A stretch of 53,626 bases of DNA. It comes from Candidatus Omnitrophota bacterium (GTDB lineage: Bacteria; Omnitrophota; Gorgyraeia; Aquiviventales; Aquiviventaceae). Positions 1 through 9,128 of the stretch are shown here, one piece after another. The notes beneath the pieces are model-generated. The model ran no database searches, was not told where the DNA came from, and worked only from the letters and a program-made list of their open reading frames with translations. Where the stretch lies: positions 1-53,626 of the forward strand of contig JACPTX010000007.1 of the NCBI GenBank assembly GCA_016192545.1, given 5' to 3'. Position 1 is the stretch's first letter; every line of letters begins with the position of its first letter. A program made the translations under genes and the position numbers.

Positions 1-512
1 ATGAGATACGTGGCCAGATCAATCGGATTCTCATACGGGCCGGTCATCCGGAGGAACGTATGCAGGGCATATCCGCGAAACAGGCCGTGGCCCAGCCATT
101 CCTGGCTGAGCCCTTCCACCAGCACCAGGAACGCCGAGCAGGCCAGCGCCCCCAGGCTGCGCCGAAGCACGGCAGGCCGGCCGCCGAGATCCGTCGCGAT
201 GACGAAGAACCACAGGTATTCCAGCCACTTGCTGAAGAACGCCCGGACGCTGACCTCCGGAAACCGGCTGACGGTGATGGAGAGCGCGCAGATCCCGAGA
301 TAGCCGGCCAGCGCCAGGCCGAGCGGCCGCAGGGCCGGCTTCAGCCAGAGCGTGTCCCGGCGCGTGCGCGGATCCAGCCGCTCCAGGACCCAGCCCAGCA
401 GCAGGAACCCGAACAGGATCTCGACGGCCGCCTTGGAGAACGGCAGGAGAACCAGCAGCAGGTACAGGCTGCCTTCCTGCAGGAGCCGCCGCCACGAGCC
501 GAGCGCCTTCAT
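1..512 (-). CDS. O-antigen ligase / Wzy_C-family membrane protein, 5' part only (runs off the window start)
   Basis: Absent from the ORF track; translated by hand from the ATG at 512, which overlaps the wecA stop (ATGA). Reads MKALGSWRRLLQEGSLYLLLVLLPFSKAAVEILFGFLLLGW...RMTGPYENPIDLATYL and stays open to position 1. Several TM helices and an R-x-x-G-P-x-x-N-P-x-x-L-A motif typical of O-antigen ligase-like proteins. Confidence 0.75.
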   Translation of the reverse strand, partial: MKALGSWRRLLQEGSLYLLLVLLPFSKAAVEILFGFLLLGWVLERLDPRTRRDTLWLKPALRPLGLALAGYLGICALSITVSRFPEVSVRAFFSKWLEYLWFFVIATDLGGRPAVLRRSLGALACSAFLVLVEGLSQEWLGHGLFRGYALHTFLRMTGPYENPIDLATYL

Positions 513-2332
513 ACGGTTTCGGTCACGCCCGCCGTCACGACTTTCCAGGCCGTCCCGCGCGGCTCACAGCACCGCTGCACATGGTGGAGCAGCTGCGCCG
601 GAGGGTCGGCAATCGCCACGAGCACCTCCTGCACCTGCTCGCGATCCAGCACGGCCGCCAGCCGGCCGCGCCCGCCCAGCACGGGGACGCCGTGGATCCG
701 GGTGCCGTGTTTGCGGACGTCGTCGTCGAGGAATCCGACGGGACGTTGCGCCGCCGCGACCCCATACGTCAGGGAGCGCAGCACGCGCACCCCGGTCTCG
801 CCCGCCCCGATGATGAGGACCGGCGTGCCGCGGCTGGAGGCGCTGCTGATCCACTCATCCAGCAGCCGCTCCACGATCCGCGAGCCGCCGACGGCCAGGC
901 AGGTCAGCATCCAGTCGATGACCAAGACCGCCCGCGAGTACCCCTGGAAGCGCCAGAGATACAGCAGGGCCAGCGACGAGAGAACGGAGCCCAGCGTAAT
1001 CGCCTTCACCATCACGATGACGTCGGACAGCCCCACGTAGCGCCAGACGCGCCGGTACAACCCGTACGCCGCGAAGCACATCAGCTTGATCGTCAGCACG
1101 ATCGGCAGGGACTTCACGATGAGCTGCTGGATGTCGAAGGTCAGCGTCCCCTCGTAGCGCAGCAGGTGCGCGGCCGCATAGACGCTGCTGACCAGGGAGA
1201 AGTCCACCAGGATTTCAATGAGGCGCCGCTTGTGCATCAGCATGGTCTCAATCAGCGTCACCGGCTCCCCCAGCTCGACCGGCTTGCTGGGCACCGCCTG
1301 CGGCTCCAAGCGGTAGACGTTCACCTGCGCCAGATACCGGCCGACCAGCACCAGCATCGCCAGCACCACCACCCAGATGAGCAGCGCCTGAAGCGGCTGC
1401 AGGGTCACCGCGATCACGCTCAGCAGCCCCAAGAGCGTGCTGACGGTATAGAGGGCGAAGACCGCCTGGCGGGTGCTGAGACCCAGGACCGCCAGGCGGT
1501 GCGAGACATGGTCCCGCCCGCCGGTGAACGGATGCTGCCCGTGCAGGAGCCGCTGGATGGTCACGAAGCAGGTGTCGAAGATCGGCACCGCCAGCACCAG
1601 CGCCGGCACCGCCAGCACGCTCAACAACTGGGTGGAGTGATGCCAGCTCCCCAGCAGGGCCAGTCCCGCCAGGTTCAGCCCCAGCACGTGGCTGCCGGAG
1701 TCCCCCATGAAGATCTTGGCCGGCGGGAAGTTGAAGCGCAGGAAGCCCGCGCAGGCGCCGACGAGGATGACCGCCAGGAGCGCGACGGTCCACTGCTGGG
1801 CGAGCGCCGCGTGGAAGGCGCAGAAGCCCGCGGCGATCGCCCCGACGCCCGCCGCCAGCCCGTCCATGTTGTCGAGCAGGTTGAACGCGTTCATGATCAG
1901 CACGAACCAGAGGATCGACAGCGGGATCGCCACCCAGGGCCACTGGGGCAGATCAATGCGGACGCCGCTGCTGACGACCAGGCAGCCGACGAGGAGCTGG
2001 GCCATCAGCTTGGCATACGGCGTCAGGCGCCGCAGGTCGTCCGCCAGCCCCAGCAGAAAGACCAGCGCCGTGCCCGCCAGCAGGCCGATGACCGGCCGGT
2101 CCAGCGGGACCCACGCCAGGGTCGCCGCGGCGATCCCGACGAACATCGCCGCCCCGCCCAATCGCGCCACCACGCGCCTGCCCCAGCGGTCCTCCATCGG
2201 CCTGGCCACCCAGCCCAACCGGACGGCCATGGACCGCACCACCGGCGTCAGGACGAAGCTCAGGCCGAAGGCCGTCAGGCCGGCCGGCCCGAAGCCGCTG
2301 AGCACCCCCCACGTGTCGCGCAGGATCTCCAT
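509..2332 (-). CDS. wecA: WecA/MraY-family polyprenyl-phosphate HexNAc-1-phosphate transferase fused to a C-terminal PglF/CapD-type membrane + CoA-binding-like domain
   Basis: WecA motifs GLADD, NAFNLLDNMDGL, IFMGDSGS and DHVSHRL. The C-terminal ~240 aa has YGLYRRVWRY, VLIIGAGETG and VGFLDDD...IHGVPVLG. Confidence 0.88.
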   Translation of the reverse strand: MEILRDTWGVLSGFGPAGLTAFGLSFVLTPVVRSMAVRLGWVARPMEDRWGRRVVARLGGAAMFVGIAAATLAWVPLDRPVIGLLAGTALVFLLGLADDLRRLTPYAKLMAQLLVGCLVVSSGVRIDLPQWPWVAIPLSILWFVLIMNAFNLLDNMDGLAAGVGAIAAGFCAFHAALAQQWTVALLAVILVGACAGFLRFNFPPAKIFMGDSGSHVLGLNLAGLALLGSWHHSTQLLSVLAVPALVLAVPIFDTCFVTIQRLLHGQHPFTGGRDHVSHRLAVLGLSTRQAVFALYTVSTLLGLLSVIAVTLQPLQALLIWVVVLAMLVLVGRYLAQVNVYRLEPQAVPSKPVELGEPVTLIETMLMHKRRLIEILVDFSLVSSVYAAAHLLRYEGTLTFDIQQLIVKSLPIVLTIKLMCFAAYGLYRRVWRYVGLSDVIVMVKAITLGSVLSSLALLYLWRFQGYSRAVLVIDWMLTCLAVGGSRIVERLLDEWISSASSRGTPVLIIGAGETGVRVLRSLTYGVAAAQRPVGFLDDDVRKHGTRIHGVPVLGGRGRLAAVLDREQVQEVLVAIADPPAQLLHHVQRCCEPRGTAWKVVTAGVTETV

Positions 2333-2342
2333 GGTTACGTGG

Positions 2343-3362
2343 TCACCGTCGGACCGGCATCGCCCGCGCGCCCGGCCCCGACACCTCTGTCGGGGTGCGG
2401 GCCGGGGGGCGCATGCTGTCCACCACGCTCTGAATGATCTCGTCCAGCGTCATCGTCGGTTGAAACCCGATCGCGTCCCGGATCTTGCGGATATCCGGGA
2501 CCCGCCGGGGCATGTCTTCGAAGCCCTCCTCATACGCCTGCTCATAGGGGACGTATTCGACGCGGGAGGCGCTGCGCGTGATCCGGATGACCCGTTTGGC
2601 CAGCTCCTCGATCGTCACCTCTTCCTGGCTGCCGAGGTTGAACACGCGGCCCACGGCGCCGGCATGCCCGGCGAGTGTGATCAGGGCGCTCACCACGTCC
2701 CGCACATGGAGGAAGCAGCGGGACTGCCGGCCGTCCCCGTGCACCTGCAGCGGCTGGCCGGCGAGGGCGCGGGCGACGAAGCGCGGGACGACCATCCCAT
2801 AGGCCCCGCTCTGCCTGGGGCCCACGGTGTTGAACAGCCGGACGATGACGGTCGGCACGCCCTTCTCCTTCCAGTAGACGTAGGCCAGGATCTCGTCCAC
2901 CGCCTTGGAGGTCGAGTAGCTCCAGCGGCTCTTGAGGGGCGAGCCCAGCACCCGGTCGTCTTCCTCTTTAAAGGGGCCGTGGGCGTTTTTGCCGTAGATT
3001 TCCGACGTGGAGGCGATGAGCACCTTCCTGCGGTAGCGGTGGGCCATCTCCAAGACGACCTCGCTGCCCCGGATGTTGGTGAGCATGGACTCCAAGGGTT
3101 TTTTGATGATCAGCTCCACGCCGACCGCCGCGGCCAGATGGAACACCACGTCGCAGCGCTCCACCAGCTTGTCCACCAGCGCCTCGTTCAGGATGCTCCC
3201 CACGACCATCTGGAACTGCGGATGGCCGTCCAGGGCCGCCACGTTCTCGTGCCGCCCCGTGGACAGGTCATCCAGCACGGTCACGCGGTGCCCCTGCGCG
3301 ATCAAGGCCTCCGCCAGATGCGACCCAATAAATCCCGCCCCCCCGGTAATCAATGCGTGCAT
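2343..3362 (-). CDS. NAD-dependent nucleotide-sugar epimerase/dehydratase (extended SDR)
   Basis: ITGGAGFIGSHL, FHLAAAVG, STSEIYG, YSTSK (YxxxK) and RLFNTVGPRQ motifs. Confidence 0.92.
   Translation of the reverse strand: MHALITGGAGFIGSHLAEALIAQGHRVTVLDDLSTGRHENVAALDGHPQFQMVVGSILNEALVDKLVERCDVVFHLAAAVGVELIIKKPLESMLTNIRGSEVVLEMAHRYRRKVLIASTSEIYGKNAHGPFKEEDDRVLGSPLKSRWSYSTSKAVDEILAYVYWKEKGVPTVIVRLFNTVGPRQSGAYGMVVPRFVARALAGQPLQVHGDGRQSRCFLHVRDVVSALITLAGHAGAVGRVFNLGSQEEVTIEELAKRVIRITRSASRVEYVPYEQAYEEGFEDMPRRVPDIRKIRDAIGFQPTMTLDEIIQSVVDSMRPPARTPTEVSGPGARAMPVRR
2357..2416. repeat. 60-bp imperfect palindrome inside the epimerase C-terminal tail
   Basis: Core stem CCCCGACA-cctc-TGTCGGGG (2376-2395); outer arms GCATCGCCC / GGGCGCATGC. 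Confidence 0.55.
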
Positions 3363-4606
3363 GGCACCTCGACTCCCGCGTTGGTGGTCTGGCCCAGATA
3401 CACTCGTTCCATGTCCTCAATCAATCGGGCCGCCGCGAATCGCCCGCGCACCCGGCGGCGCCCCGCCTCGCCGTCCGCGCGCCGCAGGTCCGGATCCGCC
3501 GCGTAGCGCGCCAGCGACGCCGCGAGGCCCTCCGCGTCCCCGGGCCTGACCACGCATCCTCCCTCCCCGCGCACCACGTCCCCGGAGGGCCATGGCTGGA
3601 GCGCGGCGCGATCCAGTCCCAGGACATCGGGCACCCCGCCCACGGCGGTGGCGATCACCGGCTTGCCGGCGGCCATCGCCTCGATCAGGGCGACGGGCGT
3701 GCCCTCGTTGCGCGACGTCAGGCAGACGACGTCCGCATCGGCGTAGAGCCCCGCCATCTCGGAAACCCACCCCACGCACGAGACCTGCTCCGCCAGTCCC
3801 CGCTGGCGCACCATCTGCTCGATGGCGGGGCGCAGCTCGCCGTCACCCACGACCAACCCCTGGAACCGCCCGCGGTAGCCGGCGCCGAACCGGGCCAGGG
3901 CCTCCACGAACAGCTCCGGGCATTTGACGGGCACCAGCCGTCCGATCCACGCCACCGTCAGCGTCCCGGTATCGCCGGCAGGACGCCACGCCTGGCGGCA
4001 GCCGTTGAGCGCCAACAGCGGCTCCAGCGGCAGCCCCAGCGGGATCACCGCAATCCGTTCCGCGGGCGCGATGCCGCGTGCCACGAGATCCTCTTTCACC
4101 GAGGGGCTGACGGCGATCAGCAGATCCGTGCGCCGGGCCAGCCACCGCTCGGCGGCGGCGAACAGCCACGCGACCCACGGCGAGAAGTACCCGTCGAGCA
4201 CATGCCCGTGAAACGTGTGCAGGACCAGCGGCCGGTACCGCCCCCGGCTCAGCCGCCTCACGGCCCAGGCCGCCGCGCGCCCGAGGGCGCCGGCTTTGGC
4301 CATGTGGGTGTGGACCACGTCCGGCCTCCAGGCCTGGATGATCCGCAGCAGCCGCCACCAGGCCATCACGTCCTTGACCGGGTGCAGGGCGCGCTGCAGC
4401 GACGGCAGCCGGATGACACGGGCCTCATCGGGCAGCACGCGGGAGGCCATGTCGCCTTCCTGCGGGCCGATCCGGCCGATGACCAGCCGGGTGTCGAAAC
4501 GCTGCGGATCGAGGCCGGTCGTCAGCACCCCCACGTGAATGGCGGGGCCGCCGATGTTCAGCCGCGTGACGATGCGCAGCACGCGGATCCGGTCGGTGGA
4601 CGGCAC
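3350..4606 (-). CDS. Glycosyltransferase family 4 (GT-B)
   Basis: RLNIGGPA, VHTHMAKAG, HTFHGH, IGRLVPVK and SRNEGTPVALIEAMAAG motifs; GTG start. Confidence 0.93.
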   Translation of the reverse strand: MPSTDRIRVLRIVTRLNIGGPAIHVGVLTTGLDPQRFDTRLVIGRIGPQEGDMASRVLPDEARVIRLPSLQRALHPVKDVMAWWRLLRIIQAWRPDVVHTHMAKAGALGRAAAWAVRRLSRGRYRPLVLHTFHGHVLDGYFSPWVAWLFAAAERWLARRTDLLIAVSPSVKEDLVARGIAPAERIAVIPLGLPLEPLLALNGCRQAWRPAGDTGTLTVAWIGRLVPVKCPELFVEALARFGAGYRGRFQGLVVGDGELRPAIEQMVRQRGLAEQVSCVGWVSEMAGLYADADVVCLTSRNEGTPVALIEAMAAGKPVIATAVGGVPDVLGLDRAALQPWPSGDVVRGEGGCVVRPGDAEGLAASLARYAADPDLRRADGEAGRRRVRGRFAAARLIEDMERVYLGQTTNAGVEVPCTH

Positions 4607-4608
4607 GC

Positions 4609-5307
4609 TTAGGCCTCCCGTTTGATCAGGTAATACTTGCCGGTCTGCCGATCCTGGCGGATCTGCGACAGCCGGGAGCCGAAATACTCGGCGATCGCTT
4701 TCTGGGCGCCGGGGAAATGGAGATGCTCCACCGTCCCCATGTATTCATCGAACAGCACCACCCCGCCCACCGCGACGTGGGGATACAGCCGCGTCAGCGC
4801 CGTCCGGTACGAGTCGTACAGGTCCACATCCAGGTGCAGCAGCGCGATCGGGCCGCCCGCGTATTTCGGCAGGCTGTCTTCGAAAAAGCCTTTGACCAGC
4901 GTCACGTGGGAGCGGACGAACGCCAGGTCCAGGCCGCTGTCCAGCAGGATCTGCTCCACCAGCCGCACGCCGGTCCGGCCCCACTGGCCCTTTTTCGGAT
5001 GGCGGACGCTGGCGTCCTCCGACGACGGCTCCGGGAACCCCTCAAAGGAATCGAACGCCCACAGATGCCGCTTGTGGGCCTCCTCTTTGACCAAGAACGC
5101 CAACAGGGCCAAGCTGTTGCCGCGGCCCACGCCGCACTCCACGACGTCACCCTCCACGTCGCTCACCAGGTCAAACAGGCGCTTGAAGTACAGCAGCCGC
5201 GACGCGTGCGTGTAAGTCAGCCGCGGGCCCGGCGCCGGCGCGCGGCGGATCTCGAAGCCCAGCGCTTTGGCCGTCCGCGTGATGGCTGATGTCAAGCGGG
5301 GACTCAT
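4609..5307 (-). CDS. TylF/MycF/NovP-family sugar O-methyltransferase
   Basis: VEGDVVECGVGRG, AFDSFEGFP, KGFFEDSLP, LLHLDVDLY and GGVVLFDEY motifs. Confidence 0.9.
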   Translation of the reverse strand: MSPRLTSAITRTAKALGFEIRRAPAPGPRLTYTHASRLLYFKRLFDLVSDVEGDVVECGVGRGNSLALLAFLVKEEAHKRHLWAFDSFEGFPEPSSEDASVRHPKKGQWGRTGVRLVEQILLDSGLDLAFVRSHVTLVKGFFEDSLPKYAGGPIALLHLDVDLYDSYRTALTRLYPHVAVGGVVLFDEYMGTVEHLHFPGAQKAIAEYFGSRLSQIRQDRQTGKYYLIKREA

Positions 5308-6548
5308 CAGGCGGTTCTGGCGGCCACGCGGCAGGCGCCTGCCGCGGACCAGACCAGCAGCAGCGGTTCAATGAGCCAGCGATGCCGCCCCTCGACGTAG
5401 AACGCCGCCTGGATCACGGAGACGCTGGCGGCCAGGAGCAGCACCAGCACCGTGGCGTCCCGCCGGGACGAGTCGCCCGATCGCCACGCCTGCACGATCC
5501 CGATCACGGCCAGCCCGAGCAGGAGCGCGTAGTAGACGCGGTAGCCGACCGCCCACGACGCCGGATAGTGCAGGCCGGTGTGCGGCGAAAACCACCAAAA
5601 GTAGCCGAATTTTTTGACGAAGCGCTGCCATGCGGCCGCCGGGTCCTGCCGGATCGCGTCCCAGGCGGCGGCGGTCAACAGCGCATTGACCTCGACCTCA
5701 TTCCTCGTCTGGTTCTCCATCTGCGATAGGAGCGGCTTCGGCATCCCCTCCAGGACCGGTGTAGTGGATCCCAGGGCGTGCGACGTTCCGGACGCGCCCG
5801 GGTGATTGCCATACCAGAGGTTCAGGCCGGTGTCAGTCCGCAGCGGAATCAGCCGCCCGTACATCCGCCAGCCGCGGATCACCATCGGGGCCAGCATCAG
5901 CGCGGCTCCGACGGCGACCCCTGCGACGACGCGGACCGCGGCCGCCCGCGCGGCCGGCGACTTCCAGACGAGCCACAGGCCCCAGAGCGCGAGGAACGGC
6001 GCGAGCGTCGCGCGCGAGAGCATCGCCAGGCCGGTGACCAGCCCCGTCCCCACCGCCCGCGCCAGGCGGGTCTGGGGACGCAGCCGGACCAGCAGCAGCA
6101 CGCACAGCGCCGTCAGCAGCACATCCAGCGTCTGCGAGTGCAGCTTGCCGACGTAGACCAGGCCGCCGGGGTGCAGGGCCGCCAGCATCCCTGCGAGCAC
6201 GGCGGCAGACGCGCCGAACAGCGGCCGGGCTAAGGCATAGAGGACCAACGCCGTGCACCCGAACCAGACCGCATGGACTGCGACCATCATCCACGCCTGC
6301 CCGCCCCCAGCCCACAGGACGCCAGCCAGCGCCAAGGGGTAGACGGCTGAGCCGTAGAAATAGTACTTCGTGCCCATATACTCATAGACCAGGCCGCGGC
6401 CCTGCAGGAGCTGCTCGGCGACGTACGAATACTCCCACCGCTCCGGCGTCAGGAAATGGCCGGTCGCGGTGGCGACGGCGATCGCCGCGGCGAACGCGGC
6501 GAGAAACAGGAGCAGCCGGATGGCGCGCTCGCTCGGCCGCCGGGTCAT
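5307..6548 (-). CDS. GT-C (ArnT/PMT-like) polyprenol-phosphate-sugar-dependent membrane glycosyltransferase
   Basis: Start reassigned to ATG 6548 (ATGA overlap; MTRRPSERAIRLLLFL...). About 10 TM helices, EY..A..L..G.G loop, GLNLWYGN motif and C-terminal RHR..IEP. Confidence 0.78.
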   Translation of the reverse strand: MTRRPSERAIRLLLFLAAFAAAIAVATATGHFLTPERWEYSYVAEQLLQGRGLVYEYMGTKYYFYGSAVYPLALAGVLWAGGGQAWMMVAVHAVWFGCTALVLYALARPLFGASAAVLAGMLAALHPGGLVYVGKLHSQTLDVLLTALCVLLLVRLRPQTRLARAVGTGLVTGLAMLSRATLAPFLALWGLWLVWKSPAARAAAVRVVAGVAVGAALMLAPMVIRGWRMYGRLIPLRTDTGLNLWYGNHPGASGTSHALGSTTPVLEGMPKPLLSQMENQTRNEVEVNALLTAAAWDAIRQDPAAAWQRFVKKFGYFWWFSPHTGLHYPASWAVGYRVYYALLLGLAVIGIVQAWRSGDSSRRDATVLVLLLAASVSVIQAAFYVEGRHRWLIEPLLLVWSAAGACRVAARTA

Positions 6549-7213
6549 CCACAGCACGCCGTGTAGGCGACGCGCTCCGCGCCGGCCGGCGCCGGCACCG
6601 GCTTGCGCGCGAGCACGCCGACGAAACATCCCCACCCGTAGGCCAGCATCGAGACCGGCCTCAGCCCCTGCTGCGCCATCAGCACGAGGAGCTCCGCGCG
6701 GCTGAAGACCGGCCCGAGCCACACGCCGACACGGGTGCGCTTGATCCACGGCTGGAAGCCCAGCGGGCCTCGACGGGCCGGCACCCCGACAAAGAGATAG
6801 CCGCCGTCTTTCGTCACCCGCTGCATCTCTTCCAGCGCCGACGCCGGCGCGGCCAGGTGCTCGAGGGTGCTGCTGCTCCAGACCAAATCGAAGACGCCCG
6901 AACGGAACGGCAGCCGGTACAGGTCCGTCTGGACCGCCGGCAAGGCCGGGTCCCGGCGCCGCGCCTCGCGCAACGCCTCCGCGTCGAGATCGGCGGCGAT
7001 GCTGAGCGCCACGCCGGATTCGCGCGCGAAGAGGGACGAGGCGAACGCCGGCCCGGAACCGCCCTCCAGCACCCGGCTTCCAGGCGCGAGGCATGCGCGC
7101 GCGGCCAGGTAGCCGACCAGCCGGCGATTGAGCCGCCGGCGCAGCGCATCATAGCCCCGGTACAGCCAGGAGCCGGGACCGCCCGGCACACTCCAGGACT
7201 TCGCCTGCATCAT
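6545..7213 (-). CDS. Class I SAM-dependent methyltransferase (type 11)
   Basis: Start reassigned to ATG 7213 (TGATG overlap). VLEGGSGP, LPFRSGVFDLV, TLEHL and RVTKDGG motifs. Confidence 0.85.
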   Translation of the reverse strand: MMQAKSWSVPGGPGSWLYRGYDALRRRLNRRLVGYLAARACLAPGSRVLEGGSGPAFASSLFARESGVALSIAADLDAEALREARRRDPALPAVQTDLYRLPFRSGVFDLVWSSSTLEHLAAPASALEEMQRVTKDGGYLFVGVPARRGPLGFQPWIKRTRVGVWLGPVFSRAELLVLMAQQGLRPVSMLAYGWGCFVGVLARKPVPAPAGAERVAYTACCG

Positions 7214-7968
7214 CAGACAGCCGCCTTTTGCACGACAGCGAGCAGGGACGACCCGAACGGCAAATCCATCCCTGCCAACAGGCGGCGCTCCCAGTCGCTG
7301 GCCCGGAACAACAGCGCATCCACGGGGCGCGGCAGCAACCGCAGCTCGGAATGCGGCCGGCCGTTCCCCCGCCATCCCAGTGCCCGGCGCCAGAGCCGGT
7401 ACGCCGCGACCGGCGCCAAGACGCTCATGAACAGATGCGTCATGCGCACCACGCGCCCGGGCAGGCCTTCCAACAGCGCCCGCAGCTCCTTGCGGGTGTA
7501 GCGGCGCGAGGCCTGCACCGCCCGATGATGCTCCGGGCTCATCAGCCACCGGTACGCCGGCACCACCACGATCAGGCAGCCGCCAGGCCGCAGCACGCGC
7601 AGAAGCTCCCGGCAGGCCTGCCGGTCGTCCACCCCGTCGCACTCCAAGACGTCCACGCCGAGCACCGCGTCGAACGAGCCGTCGCGGAACGGCACCGCAT
7701 TCACCGAGGCCACGCACATCCGCGGCAGGCGCCGCTGCGGCCACCACGGCGCCGCGACCGCCGAGACGTCGAATCCGTAGGCCTCTTCGCTCACCTCGCG
7801 GCTGAGCACCTCAAGGGTCTTGCCGGTCCCGCAGCCCGCGTCGAGGATCCGCGACGACGGCCCCAGCCCGGCGCGCCGGCAGCAATCCACCAGGATCGCG
7901 CGCAGCTCCCGGAACCACCAGTAGGAGGATTCCGATTCCGCGAGCGTCCGGTACTCGTGCGCTTCCAT
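7213..7968 (-). CDS. Class I SAM-dependent methyltransferase (type 11)
   Basis: ILDAGCGTG, PFRDGSFDAV and RVLRPGG..VVVPAY motifs; YWWF N-terminus typical of the subfamily found next to GT2 genes. Confidence 0.9.
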   Translation of the reverse strand: MEAHEYRTLAESESSYWWFRELRAILVDCCRRAGLGPSSRILDAGCGTGKTLEVLSREVSEEAYGFDVSAVAAPWWPQRRLPRMCVASVNAVPFRDGSFDAVLGVDVLECDGVDDRQACRELLRVLRPGGCLIVVVPAYRWLMSPEHHRAVQASRRYTRKELRALLEGLPGRVVRMTHLFMSVLAPVAAYRLWRRALGWRGNGRPHSELRLLPRPVDALLFRASDWERRLLAGMDLPFGSSLLAVVQKAAV

Positions 7969-8366
7969 CAGCCGATGACCTGATGCGGAAACGTGTCCGG
8001 ATGCGCCTGGTCATACCGGCGGGATTTCAGCATGATGAACGCCGACGGCTCCTCGTAGCGGACGGCATGCGCCTCATGCGGCTTGAACAAGATGCCCTCC
8101 CGGGCCTTCAGCGACACCTGGCGGCGGACGCCGCTGCGGACATCCTCGCAGACCACGGTGGCGCGGCCGCGCGTCAGGAAGAAGCAGACCTCGGTCGCCT
8201 TGTGATAGTGGTTGCCCATCACCGCGCCCGGCGTCATCTCGCCCCAGACCAGCGATGCCCAGCGGCCCCCATTGAGCAGCTCCACGAAGGTGCCGCGCGC
8301 ATCGGTCCGCTCAAAGCTGGGCCGCAGCACCCCCTCGCCGCTGGCCGCCTGCACGGGAGCGGACAT
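7968..8366 (-). CDS. Cupin protein, FdtA/QdtA/WxcM-like sugar 3,4-ketoisomerase family
   Basis: DARG, GNHYHK and P.EAHA cupin motifs; 132 aa. Confidence 0.72.
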   Translation of the reverse strand: MSAPVQAASGEGVLRPSFERTDARGTFVELLNGGRWASLVWGEMTPGAVMGNHYHKATEVCFFLTRGRATVVCEDVRSGVRRQVSLKAREGILFKPHEAHAVRYEEPSAFIMLKSRRYDQAHPDTFPHQVIG

Positions 8367-8369
8367 CGT

Positions 8370-9128
8370 TCAATCAATGCTCCGCACGCGCGCGCGGAGA
8401 ATGCGCAGGACGTACGAGCAGCCCAGCCGCGTGAACTGCCATAACGAGACCAGGGATTTGGAGGTGCCCTGGGCCCGGTCGCGGAACGCGTACGGCACCT
8501 CGCACACCCGCAGCCCCTTGCGGCGGCAGGTGGAGAGAAACTCGATGAAGTAGGCCCCGTAGCCGGTCGGGATGATGGAGACCTTGTCGAAGACGGAGCG
8601 CCGCACGACGACGAAGCCGCTGTCGTAGTCGCGGATGCCGCGGCCGAGGACCAGGCCGGCGAACCGGTTGATCGCCAGGCTGGCGATCCGGCGGATCGCC
8701 GAACGCTCGTCCGACCCGCCCGGCGCGTAGCGCGAGCCGATCACGACGTCGTGGTCGCGCAGCCGCTCGATCATCGCCGGCAGCAGGCTGGGCGGCATGC
8801 ACATGTCCGCGTCCATCCACCCGACGACGTCGCCGCGGGACTCGATGATCCCCCGCATGAACGCCGAGGCCAGCCCGCGGGTGGCGACCCGGCGGATCAG
8901 CTTGACCTGCGGGTCCCGCAGGTCCTCGACGAGGCGCCAGGTTTCGTCGGGCGAGTCGTCGTCCACGACGATGACCTCCAGCGGCTCAGGCACGTGGGAG
9001 CGGATGCTCCGGATCGTCTCCACGATGTTGTCGCGCTCGTTGTACGTCGCCAGGATGACGGAGACCAAGCCCCGCGTCGTGGCGCGACTCGGCGTTCCGA
9101 TGTCGGCCGTGAGAGATTTCGTGTTCAT
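8370..9128 (-). CDS. GT2 polyprenol-monophosphate-sugar synthase (DPM1-like)
   Basis: Start reassigned to ATG 9128 (ATGA overlap). VSVILATYNE, VVDDDSPDET, MDAD, IGSRY and FRDRAQGTSK motifs. Confidence 0.88.
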   Translation of the reverse strand: MNTKSLTADIGTPSRATTRGLVSVILATYNERDNIVETIRSIRSHVPEPLEVIVVDDDSPDETWRLVEDLRDPQVKLIRRVATRGLASAFMRGIIESRGDVVGWMDADMCMPPSLLPAMIERLRDHDVVIGSRYAPGGSDERSAIRRIASLAINRFAGLVLGRGIRDYDSGFVVVRRSVFDKVSIIPTGYGAYFIEFLSTCRRKGLRVCEVPYAFRDRAQGTSKSLVSLWQFTRLGCSYVLRILRARVRSID

